From a virus, in IMG/VR virus record IMGVR_UViG_3300035034_002798, positions 32,001-96,000 of that record: DNA of 64,000 bases; one strand, 5' to 3'. Numbering within the stretch: the stretch's first letter is position 1; each line of letters begins with the position of its first letter. The notes under the pieces were generated by a model that was not told where the DNA came from, made no database searches, and worked only from the letters and a program-made list of their open reading frames with translations. Shown one piece after another: positions 20,322 through 28,833 of the stretch. Both the position numbers and the translations under genes were made by a program.

Positions 20322-20579
20322 CTATTTACTCTCCTCTCTGCTTGCCTGAGCCTGGATTACTTCATAGTCATTATATACTCCTTGTTGGCCAAGAGAACGA
20401 ACACAACTGCCATCGTCGTAGAAAGTATACGACTCAACTACCGGGCCATCATCATCTCTGGCGATATCTAAATTAAGGCTGATATCATCACACTGGATAT
20501 TCTGAATCTTTTTCTGTTCCATAACCTCTGACATAACACTAATTTGTCTGTAACTTAACTCAAAATGCATATTAACCAC
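20322..20579 (-). CDS. Hypothetical protein
   Basis: AAGGAG SD; abuts next gene. Confidence 0.65.
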   Translation of the reverse strand: MVNMHFELSYRQISVMSEVMEQKKIQNIQCDDISLNLDIARDDDGPVVESYTFYDDGSCVRSLGQQGVYNDYEVIQAQASREESK

Positions 20580-20635
20580 TCCTTATATAGTATTTACTTA
20601 AAGACTAATAAACTGAACAACTAATAAATCTTACC

Positions 20636-20705
20636 CAATACGTATCCACGACCACCGCGGCGTGTCAAATGGGTTTCTTGACACGGTAGGACGGGCGTGA
20701 TATTG
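20636..20705. repeat. Conserved intergenic hairpin element, copy 6
   Basis: cacg..cgtGTCAAatgggtttcTTGACacg..cgtg. Confidence 0.85.
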
Positions 20706-20837
20706 TTTTAGTACAGGACAATAAACATACTACAAAGCTAGAACTTTTAAACTTCAGGCCGAGTGTACAACCACCCGACCCGAAGGGTCTGTCTAAGTTT
20801 CAGAACTAGACTCAATACGAGAACATACCTAACAACC

Positions 20838-20854
20838 AGGGCCCGAAGGGCCTA
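20838..20854 (-). terminator. cUUCGg-tetraloop hairpin after the HhH protein gene (second one near 20776-20788)
   Basis: Minus strand agggcccTTCGggccct and gacccTTCGggtc. Confidence 0.5.
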
Positions 20855-20860
20855 TAAGAG

Positions 20861-22168
20861 TTACGCCTTAATATAGGCATCTCTTACTTTGTCAGTTATA
20901 AACTGAGCGGTAGCTTCTCTTTTGATGCTAGTATTCTGATCCTTATCAAAGAATCTTAGGGAGCCATTATAGAACACAGCTACAAACTGTGCTTTCTTGT
21001 CTCCTGCTTCTAGTTCAACATCCGCTATTGCGGTGCCATTAGTGATGTCTTCTAGGTCATCACGCAATTTAGAAATGCTCCAGCGATCTAGTCCATGATC
21101 GGCAGTCTTCTGCTTTCTCTTTGGATTAGTATCTACTGGGGCTTTCTTTGTTTTAGGAGCGGGTTTCTTGCTGGCCCGCTTTTTGTTTGCTGCTTCTTGA
21201 GCAAAGTACTCAGTAGCAGGGATTTCTTTGATTAGTCTGCGTCCATTAACCTTAACAACCATGCCGTTCTTAACTAGCACAGTTTCTTCTTCGTCTTGAT
21301 TCTTACGCACAGGATTCACCCCCTCGTCTTTAGTATTTTCACCAGTGTTAAAGTCTGCCTCTGCCCGCTTTTTCTTACGGGTATATACTTTTCTGATCTC
21401 ACCAATTAGGTGCTTTGTTACGTGATCAGGAACCTCATCCCCAGCTTCTTCTTTATCTAATGCATCTTCATACTTAATAAATAGGGACTCGTCATTATAG
21501 ATTGCTTCACCGCTGATATAGCTGCCATCTCCTCTAATTAGGGTAACGTCAGCTACTAAGTCACTATCAGCAAGCTCTTCCTTGTAATACACCTCATCTA
21601 CTGTTACTTCTCTGAATCCGTCTTCTACCAGTGTCTTCATCTGCTCTCCTGAAACTAATACTTCTTCAGGATCCTCGTTAACCTCGCCCAGTTCTTTCTT
21701 ATAGGCGCGGATTAAGGCCATCTTGATAGCTTCCCATTCTTTTCCTCGCAGGTCATCACCATAGGTTTCATATTCTAAGTTGCCATCTATAAGGGAAACC
21801 TCAAGTATCTGGTTGTGGCCGGATCCATAGGTTATCTTCAGGTCGGCTACATAGGTCTCAGCATCTAAATTAACCGCGGAGTCCCCAAGGTAGTAAGCAT
21901 TAACAGCAACTTTCTCAATGCTCTCAACGTTCCTTAGAATCACATCTTTTTCTTCTGTCATCTTCTTTTCCTCCTTATTAGTAGTATCTGTCTCTTCTTC
22001 TGGTAGCTCATCGATAATAGACTGAGCGCGCTTCTCACCGATCCCTTTGATGGAGGTTAATCCACCCTGGGATACCTCAACTGATTCTATCCCTTCCTCT
22101 GCCGCCACTTTATGCATTCTCTTTGTGATTAAGTCCAGGTCAAATAGTCTCTCTACTGTAATTGTCAT
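20861..22168 (-). CDS. Helix-hairpin-helix protein with three repeated unknown domains
   Basis: LTSIKGIGEKRAQSII HhH; repeats starting VADLKIT / VADVTLI / IADVELE. Confidence 0.75.
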   Translation of the reverse strand: MTITVERLFDLDLITKRMHKVAAEEGIESVEVSQGGLTSIKGIGEKRAQSIIDELPEEETDTTNKEEKKMTEEKDVILRNVESIEKVAVNAYYLGDSAVNLDAETYVADLKITYGSGHNQILEVSLIDGNLEYETYGDDLRGKEWEAIKMALIRAYKKELGEVNEDPEEVLVSGEQMKTLVEDGFREVTVDEVYYKEELADSDLVADVTLIRGDGSYISGEAIYNDESLFIKYEDALDKEEAGDEVPDHVTKHLIGEIRKVYTRKKKRAEADFNTGENTKDEGVNPVRKNQDEEETVLVKNGMVVKVNGRRLIKEIPATEYFAQEAANKKRASKKPAPKTKKAPVDTNPKRKQKTADHGLDRWSISKLRDDLEDITNGTAIADVELEAGDKKAQFVAVFYNGSLRFFDKDQNTSIKREATAQFITDKVRDAYIKA

Positions 22169-22271
22169 AATATATACCCCCTGGCTGATTGAGGAGCCAC
22201 CCTATATATTTGATGTTAAATAAAATAATGCCAGACATTTATAGAGCGCCTCTGAGCCGGGCGCTGTGAGA

Positions 22272-23216
22272 TTACTTAAAGTTAACGATAATATTTGGTA
22301 AATAGACTCTATTTAGATCTCTTCTCCAGATAGCTCTCTCTGGTATAACTCTGTGTGGTGCATAGAAAGGGCATTTATCTGCATGGTAGGCAAAGTCAGC
22401 CTCACGCAGCTCGGACATATCAGTATGCTTTCCCCCAGTCTTTACTGAAAAGAAAGCGTTATCTGAATAAGTCCCTCCTCCTGTCACACGTTTTTCACCA
22501 TTGAGATACATGTGGCCTTTGAGACCGTGTAATAGACCATGATCTCTTGTTGCCAACCAGTTCCCTGACTCAGAAGCGCCATCATCCAGAGTTTCCCCTG
22601 TCATAGCACATCTATTACTTGGTTTAAAGGCATCTCCTGAAACTGGTCCTTCAGCCGGCTGGACATAGCACTTGTTAACACAGTTAGAGCAGGACGGGAA
22701 CTCATCATTGTAGTCATTATCATGCCAGAAGCGGTTATCGACCTCATCATGCTTCTGGGTCAATATGAGGTTAAGCTTCTTCCACATTGCAACCGATGCT
22801 GCACCTCTAAGTGCATTTGTTAAATAGAAGATCCCTGTATCAGCCTCAATTGAACCAATAGTCTGGCCGCGGATATCACCGGGATTCTCTAATAAGAACA
22901 ACTCTTCTTCTGTCTTCATGGCCCCCGGCTTCTCTAAGCCAGAACTAACGGGCACAACTGTAATCTTATTCTGCCTGATCTCATCAAGTCCCTTATAAGT
23001 CTTTAGATTAACAAGTATCTTAATAAGTGGATCTTCATTCCACTCCTCGTTAATCTCAAACCGTCCTTTAAGTTTGATCAGTACTTCACCCAGGAAGTTA
23101 GTTTTCCAGGACTTATACTGATTACCACCATTGCCGTGATTCTTTCCCATAATCCTAACTGTTTCTATACTAGCCTCTAATACATCTTGGCCAAACTTCT
23201 TTAAATAAACGCTCAT
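22272..23216 (-). CDS. Hypothetical protein with Cys cluster
   Basis: CSNCVNKC...C...CPFY; AAGGAGG SD. Confidence 0.75.
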   Translation of the reverse strand: MSVYLKKFGQDVLEASIETVRIMGKNHGNGGNQYKSWKTNFLGEVLIKLKGRFEINEEWNEDPLIKILVNLKTYKGLDEIRQNKITVVPVSSGLEKPGAMKTEEELFLLENPGDIRGQTIGSIEADTGIFYLTNALRGAASVAMWKKLNLILTQKHDEVDNRFWHDNDYNDEFPSCSNCVNKCYVQPAEGPVSGDAFKPSNRCAMTGETLDDGASESGNWLATRDHGLLHGLKGHMYLNGEKRVTGGGTYSDNAFFSVKTGGKHTDMSELREADFAYHADKCPFYAPHRVIPERAIWRRDLNRVYLPNIIVNFK

Positions 23217-23228
23217 ATTAATTCCTCC

Positions 23229-23411
23229 TTAAAATGGTAAATCAGTCGTCTCAGTATTGTCGGTGTCTGTATTATCTGGACAGTAAACATGGACGCGGCC
23301 ATTACCGCGCTTTTCATTTAAAGTCAGGTCAGCAAGCCTCTGATCGTCCTCAGAGTACACTTGCTCTCCTCCTTCAATCCATGTATAATCATAACTAGGC
23401 AAAGTAATCAC
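23229..23411 (-). CDS. Small acidic protein with SSB-like DLPF tail
   Basis: AAGGAGG SD; ends TDLPF. Confidence 0.55.
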   Translation of the reverse strand: MITLPSYDYTWIEGGEQVYSEDDQRLADLTLNEKRGNGRVHVYCPDNTDTDNTETTDLPF

Positions 23412-23437
23412 CTCCTTTCTTTGGAGTCTTATTTTGT

Positions 23438-23626
23438 CTACTCAAATAAAGACATCTGCACGAGATCACTAGTCTCTGCAGAAGAACGGTTACGCATGGG
23501 CCAGCCCTTAGAAGACGCTTTCTTGGCGATAGCGTATCTTTGCTTATATGGCATGTTATTCCAACGGTCCATGTTATAACCGTTAGCATCCCACCAGCCC
23601 TTTCCTTTACTTACAAGTCCAGTCAT
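23438..23626 (-). CDS. Hypothetical protein
   Basis: GGAGGTG SD. Confidence 0.6.
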   Translation of the reverse strand: MTGLVSKGKGWWDANGYNMDRWNNMPYKQRYAIAKKASSKGWPMRNRSSAETSDLVQMSLFE

Positions 23627-24034
23627 TTACTTCACCTCCAGTCCTAATTCTTTTCTGAAGACACTCTTCCAGCCATTTTCTCTTACCTGCTGCATGATCT
23701 CATCATCATAGCCATTAGCAAACATGATATTAGTCTTAGGCCCTTGAGCTCGCCACTTAATGTCAATCTTAAAGCCGGCATCCTCCAGGGTTTCTAATAC
23801 TGAGTCCACATCAACATCTGTGGTACCCACATAGTCTAAAAGCCACCTCCTCTGGTGCTCGCTCTTAGACTCATGACGCTTTCTTCGATCTTTCTTGGAG
23901 GATAAGTCAACAAAGCGGCTCTTTTGGTGGTACTGAGCCTTACTCATCTCACCTCTCCTTGAATCGTGACCTCTCTTTTCCGCACTTACCAAACAATCAA
24001 ATACCTCTTTATCAACAAAGCAATCGAATCTCAT
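23627..24034 (-). CDS. Hypothetical protein
   Basis: Coupled ORF with SD. Confidence 0.7.
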   Translation of the reverse strand: MRFDCFVDKEVFDCLVSAEKRGHDSRRGEMSKAQYHQKSRFVDLSSKKDRRKRHESKSEHQRRWLLDYVGTTDVDVDSVLETLEDAGFKIDIKWRAQGPKTNIMFANGYDDEIMQQVRENGWKSVFRKELGLEVK

Positions 24035-24306
24035 TATTTAGCCTCCTTTAATACGGGTACCTTGACCCTACTGCCAATACTCAACATTAAGTCCTGTCCA
24101 TTTTCCTGTCTGAAGTAATAAACGGCCTTCCTTGTGTCAACCTCTGGTGAGTTATAGACCTGCACTATATCCCAGGCTGTATCGCCTGAGCTTACATTGT
24201 GCATAATGACATCGTAATCTTCTACTTCCCCAACCCCTGACATCCCCACAACAACAAAAGACCCCAGCACAACAACTAGGGCAATAACAGTAATTAACTT
24301 CTTCAT
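24034..24306 (-). CDS. Membrane-anchored LysM protein (YneA-like)
   Basis: N-terminal TM helix, then HNVSSGDTAWDIV...N....L.IG..VKVP. Confidence 0.8.
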   Translation of the reverse strand: MKKLITVIALVVVLGSFVVVGMSGVGEVEDYDVIMHNVSSGDTAWDIVQVYNSPEVDTRKAVYYFRQENGQDLMLSIGSRVKVPVLKEAK

Positions 24307-24371
24307 ATATATCTCCTCCTAAAGAGAATTAGTTTGGCAGTTTAACGCCATGCCTAGGGCGCCACAAGGGA

Positions 24372-24554
24372 TTAATGAGTAATAGATTCCAGTACATCCA
24401 CTGGGTAGCCCTCTAGAGTACCGTCTTTACGTACCCTATAGAGCTCGTTACCTATTAGCTCGTAGTGTGAGAAACAACCCAGCTCAGGACAGCGCTTATT
24501 CATACGACCATACATGGCCTTAACCTCATGTGACTTGAGTACTCTTACTCTCAT
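24372..24554 (-). CDS. Hypothetical protein
   Basis: GGAGG SD. Confidence 0.55.
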   Translation of the reverse strand: MRVRVLKSHEVKAMYGRMNKRCPELGCFSHYELIGNELYRVRKDGTLEGYPVDVLESITH

Positions 24555-24559
24555 TGTAG

Positions 24560-25732
24560 TTACGCCTCCTTATTATTGTCTTCGCCTTTGAAGCCCTCTA
24601 CAAAAGAAGACTTAAGAGATTTAAAGAAACCACCAGTATTATTCGCGGCAGAAGCAGTCTTTTCTATTACTGTACCTGCTGCCTCATCAACCTTTCTTAT
24701 ACCAGTACCAGCTAGCTTACTGGCACCCTGGACACCTTGACCAGTCTTAGTGATAGCTGTCTTAACACCAGATCCAGTCTTCTTTACCCCAGCCTCTAAG
24801 CCCATAGCTGTCTTACCTAAGCCACGACCCAGCTTGTCTGATAATCTAGCCTTCTCTTTCTTAAGCTTATCTGTCATCTTATTCACCTCCTTAGTCTTAG
24901 TCTTGCTCTCTGCCTGCTCGTCAGAGGACTCATTGATAATAACTACTCTGCCCTCATCTAGCTGTCTCTTGATCTCTGTTACTACCTGTTTGAACTTAGG
25001 CTTCCAGATACCACTCATATCATTGGAACCTGAGAACCACTCGTATGTCAGCTCATCTATATCCTCACCATGTTCAAGCATAGACTCAATAGTAGCTCTA
25101 AGCTCCTCGTTCATAGCGTCTACCATCTTGAGTATGTCCTTGTCTGCCATCTTAATCTTAGTCTTCTTAGTCATTGTTGTTGCCCCCTTATTAGTGCTAG
25201 CTGCCTCAGCTTCCAGGCCAGCCGCTTCTTCTGTTGTATCCTTCTCCTCAGCACTCACCTCCTTTTCCTTTGAGATAGCATCTAAGATATCACCTCTTAT
25301 GCCACTATCTGCTGCCATAAACGCATCAAAATCAGCAAGTGACTCAGTAGGCACGTCATCTAGTTTAGTACCTTTATCGGCAGCAGCCTCTAATACTGCC
25401 TTAGCCTCTCTCTCTCTTTCTTCTCTATTTACTTGGTAAGGAGCAGGATAACTCCCTACATCCATCAGGCCTTCCCTCTTCTCTGGATTGTACTTCTTAA
25501 TGAAGATGGTTCTTTCTTCAGGCAGTATTACATACTGTACAGGCACGCCAGAGATCCATGTCTTGGCAACAATATCTTGCTCCCTGTTGCCTATTGCGTC
25601 ATTAAGAGCACGCACAAGACTAACTGGATTATTGAATGTAACCTCACCATCACCAACAGAAAGAGTAACCTCTCTGTTGTCTGAGTCGTTAAATAATGCC
25701 TTTGCTAAGTCGATATTGTTATTGATTCTCAT
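24560..25732 (-). CDS. Hypothetical multi-module protein with K/G/A-rich amphipathic C-terminus
   Basis: 390-aa ORF; in-frame internal SD+ATG at 25174 and 24877. Confidence 0.75.
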   Translation of the reverse strand: MRINNNIDLAKALFNDSDNREVTLSVGDGEVTFNNPVSLVRALNDAIGNREQDIVAKTWISGVPVQYVILPEERTIFIKKYNPEKREGLMDVGSYPAPYQVNREEREREAKAVLEAAADKGTKLDDVPTESLADFDAFMAADSGIRGDILDAISKEKEVSAEEKDTTEEAAGLEAEAASTNKGATTMTKKTKIKMADKDILKMVDAMNEELRATIESMLEHGEDIDELTYEWFSGSNDMSGIWKPKFKQVVTEIKRQLDEGRVVIINESSDEQAESKTKTKEVNKMTDKLKKEKARLSDKLGRGLGKTAMGLEAGVKKTGSGVKTAITKTGQGVQGASKLAGTGIRKVDEAAGTVIEKTASAANNTGGFFKSLKSSFVEGFKGEDNNKEA

Positions 25733-26127
25733 GATAAAACTCCTTCCTGTTTGACACCTATACTAACTTGGTCCTCCTCTTGCGAGTGAGGAATAGTTAT
25801 AAGTGACGCCTTCTCTAGATGGGTCGGGCGTCGAACGTCAAACATAAATGTATATATAATACGTGGTCCCCCTCTAGGTTTTTACCCCAATTTTTGATAT
25901 CTACAATGGCATTTTTCCAACTTCATACAACAACCGTAAAGGGGTGGGGTCTATATATGGCCCGGGCGGAAGATAAATAAAAGGGGTGGTCTCAAAATAT
26001 TTTCATATAATTTTTGATAATCCCAATAGCTTTTTGCTATAAAAAAACAGGATTCATTAAAATAAAAAGCAGGAATAAAGAGATAGACCGAGAATAATTA
26101 GAACAAGACAGGCCAAAAACCATGACA

Positions 26128-26519
26128 GCAAATTGCTGTTGCAAGTAATGTCCTGGTGCAATTGCTGGTAATGGTAATGGCAATAGTGCAAGCAAGTTAA
26201 TTACTCTTATGACGGGGATTTAATTGCTGGCAATGGTACAAGCCCATCAACAATGATGGTGCAAGTGCTGGTAATGTGATGGTGCAAGTGCTGGCAGAAT
26301 AATGGCAGAAGTGCTGTTAAAATTACTGGTGCAAGTAATGTTGAAATCAAAACCACAAGTACTGGTAATTCTACAAGCGAAAGCACAAGGGCTTTTACAA
26401 TTGAATCCAGAATTAAAAGTAATTGCACAATTGCTTATGGAAGTACAAGTGAGGTTGCAAGCACAATTGCAAGTAACACTAATGGCAAAACTAGAATTAA
26501 TGGCAAAGGAGATGGTAAT
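26128..26519 (+). repeat. Centromere-like (parS/parC) degenerate hexamer array upstream of parA
   Basis: 6-nt periodic units CTGGTG/CAAGTG/CTGGTA/ATGGTA/ATGGCA/CAATTG over about 390 bp. Confidence 0.7.
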
Positions 26520-27284
26520 TTGAAGAAAATTGCGGTTATGAATAACAAGGGAGGGGTCGGAAAATCTACCACAGCAGTAAACTGTGCCCATGGTCTAACT
26601 AAATTAGACTATAAGGTGCTAATAGTAGATATGGATGACCAAAACAATGGCAGTTCTTTTCTAGGCTTTGATGAGGATGATTATGATAAGACTATCTATG
26701 ACATGATAAAGCGGGAAGACAATCAAATACCTGCTAAGTTCGAGGAAGTGGTGGTCAGTGCAAGAGAAAACTTAGACTTACTTCCTAACTCTAAAATGAA
26801 ATATATTGAATCCTATTTTAATAATCACAGAAGATTGGACATAGCTTTAGATGAAATCTTAGGAGATTTAGAGGAGAGAGGTTATGATTTTGTAATATTC
26901 GACTGCGGACCAAAAAGATCGATGGTAAATGATGCTGTATTATTATATGTAAGCGCAATCATAATGCCGGTCCAGACTGAAGGAGCTTCAGTAGAGTCGG
27001 TTGGTAATATGTACGACTACCTAAATGATCTAAGATTAAGCAGCGATATGATCCAGGTAGTAATACCAACTATGTTTGATATTAGAACTAATGAAGCCAA
27101 AGATAAATATAAACTATTAAAAGAGATATTCGAGGACGAACAGGAGCTCTTAACTGAGCCAGTTCACAGAAGGACAAAAATAGCCGAATCAACTTCTTTA
27201 GGTAAGACTGTATTTGAATACGACGAGGAAGCGGCAAAGCAGTACTTTACCGTGCTAGAAAAGGTGGTGGAGAGAATTGTCTAA
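26520..27284 (+). CDS. parA: ParA/Soj-family Walker ATPase (type Ib-like, no N-terminal HTH)
   Basis: NNKGGVGKST, VDMDDQ, YDFVIFDCGP. Confidence 0.95.
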   Translation: MKKIAVMNNKGGVGKSTTAVNCAHGLTKLDYKVLIVDMDDQNNGSSFLGFDEDDYDKTIYDMIKREDNQIPAKFEEVVVSARENLDLLPNSKMKYIESYFNNHRRLDIALDEILGDLEERGYDFVIFDCGPKRSMVNDAVLLYVSAIIMPVQTEGASVESVGNMYDYLNDLRLSSDMIQVVIPTMFDIRTNEAKDKYKLLKEIFEDEQELLTEPVHRRTKIAESTSLGKTVFEYDEEAAKQYFTVLEKVVERIV

Positions 27285-27690
27285 AAAAGATGATCAAAAT
27301 GAAGAGTTCTTTAATGGTTTGAAAGAGAAGACTAAAAAAGAGGACGAAGAAAAACAGGAAGCTAATGAAAAGCTTAAAGATAAGGTTAAAGGTAAGAAGG
27401 ATAAAGCCAAATCGGAAGATGTTGATGGTGAAAGTGATGGTGCAAGTGAAAGTGATGGCACTTCTGCAAGTGCAAGTGATGTTAAAAGTGATTCTGAAAG
27501 TGAAAGGGATGATTCTTTTATACTTAAATCTAAGGGAATTAAGGAGCAGAAGACAAAAAAGACTTATTACTTCTATCCAACTCAATTGAGGAAAGTAAGA
27601 GAGTTATCTGAGCGTTCAGGCAGAGATATGTCAGATATCATCAGAACATCTATCGACTATTTCTACGAACATGTTGAAGTAAGAGACTAA
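27277..27690 (+). CDS. Ribbon-helix-helix centromere-binding protein (ParG/omega-like role)
   Basis: Overlaps parA stop; disordered N-terminus, C-terminal KKTYYFYPTQLRKVRELSERSGRDMSDIIRTSIDYF. Confidence 0.75.
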   Translation: MSKKDDQNEEFFNGLKEKTKKEDEEKQEANEKLKDKVKGKKDKAKSEDVDGESDGASESDGTSASASDVKSDSESERDDSFILKSKGIKEQKTKKTYYFYPTQLRKVRELSERSGRDMSDIIRTSIDYFYEHVEVRD

Positions 27691-27941
27691 TTAGGGGCTT
27701 ATATTAATGAATACCCAATATAGACTTAACATTCTCGAATAAGTAAGCCACAGCAGGGAACAGCGACCATTATAAGAGCTTGTAGCCGGAGGGTGCATAT
27801 TTGATCATCACTAACCCTAAATCCTTATAGTAGGTGTTTATTAAGCTTAGAAGACAAACAAAAAAAGTCCCAGCCAGAAAATGGCCAGGACTAAAATATA
27901 GTGGTGTGTAAAATAAAATTTTTGGAAAACCATAAATAAGT

Positions 27942-27975
27942 AAGACTGGCCTAAATAAATGGGCCAGTCTTTTTT
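27942..27975. terminator. Terminator between convergent genes (second hairpin at 27866-27892)
   Basis: aagactggcct-aaataaa-tgggccagtctt followed by a T run. Confidence 0.65.
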
Positions 27976-27988
27976 ATGTTAAGTCTAT

Positions 27989-28390
27989 TTATCTTAGTAG
28001 TCTATGCTTTCTCATGTTCTGAAAACATTCTTCGCAGACATATTTTTCTTTTGCTGGTATTAAATCATAACTACCAGTCCTATCCTTTTCACAGACAACA
28101 CATTCATCTTTTTCAAACTCTATTGAAACCGAACCGTCATCATTAACAAAGGTGCTATAATTTTGACCATTACTTAGTTCGAACAATTCAATTATGGTGT
28201 CTGGTATCTCTAGGGTATTACCAATGGCCTCACTGCTAAATTCCTCATTGCAGCTCACACACATAAGAGTACTACCACATTCTCTTCTTAATACTTTAAG
28301 CGATAGGTCACCTGTTATGTTTATACATCTACTACCTGTTTCCCCTTGAAGCTCTACAGTGTTGTCCAACATAACCGCCTTAAATCCCAT
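27989..28390 (-). CDS. AbrB-like regulator with C-terminal Zn ribbon
   Basis: LEIPDTIIELFELSNGQ...VNDDGSVSIE plus CVVC...VCEEC; likely start ATG at 28390. Confidence 0.6.
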   Translation of the reverse strand: MGFKAVMLDNTVELQGETGSRCINITGDLSLKVLRRECGSTLMCVSCNEEFSSEAIGNTLEIPDTIIELFELSNGQNYSTFVNDDGSVSIEFEKDECVVCEKDRTGSYDLIPAKEKYVCEECFQNMRKHRLLR

Positions 28391-28546
28391 CTTTAAATTC
28401 AACTCCTTAATCGTTTGATATATTATTGATCTTCTCCTGTTCTTTAAATTCAACTCCTTAATCGTTTGATATATTATTGATCTTCTCCTGTTCTTTAAAT
28501 TCAACTCCTTAATCGTTTGATATATTATTGATCTTCTCCTGTTCTT
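28390..28546. repeat. Perfect 51-bp tandem repeat, three copies
   Basis: Units start at 28390, 28441, 28492. Confidence 0.95.
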
Positions 28547-28737
28547 ATAATCAAAAAATTATCAACATAATCTATGTTATCATGATAACTTAGTCTTTAA
28601 AAGAACTTTTTTTATTCGACAAATTAAGACAAATAATGCTCGTATACCGTGATAACAGGTTATATATTATCACAAGTTTTTTCATATTAAAAGGATAAAT
28701 GCACAAACATCTGTTTTTTTAACGTAAAAAACGGGAT

Positions 28738-28804
28738 TTGGTTAGGAATCCCAGTCTCTACTTGGCAAAACACCCTCTAAAATGCGTATTATATATAATA
28801 GAAG
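28738..28804 (+). promoter_or_regulatory. Conserved promoter motif, copy B, upstream of the radical SAM operon
   Basis: TGGTTAG...TTGGCA(28762)-N19-TATTAT(28787)atataataga. Confidence 0.75.
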
Positions 28805-28833
28805 ATAATTTAATTTTAACAAGGGGGAGAAGT

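Noticed and set aside
4080-20705. Hairpin repeats as simple intrinsic terminators or classic integron attC sites
   Set aside because: No U-tracts follow the stems, the loop sequence is conserved, RYYYAAC/GTTRRRY boxes are not evident, and no integron integrase is in the window
24750-25439. 229-aa plus-strand ORF and similar Ser/Leu-rich antisense ORFs across the window
   Set aside because: Antisense shadows of acidic coding genes, without SD or motifs
26207-26591. ORFs 26207..26428, 26247..26591 and 26302..26523
   Set aside because: Low-complexity translations produced by the 6-nt periodic centromere-like array
28390-28546. Possible CRISPR array
   Set aside because: Repeats are contiguous with no unique spacers, and no cas genes are present
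28738-28833. N-terminal extension of the radical SAM ORF from TTG 28738
   Set aside because: It overlaps the conserved promoter; the ATG at 28834 has a strong SD and precedes the CxxxCxxC motif
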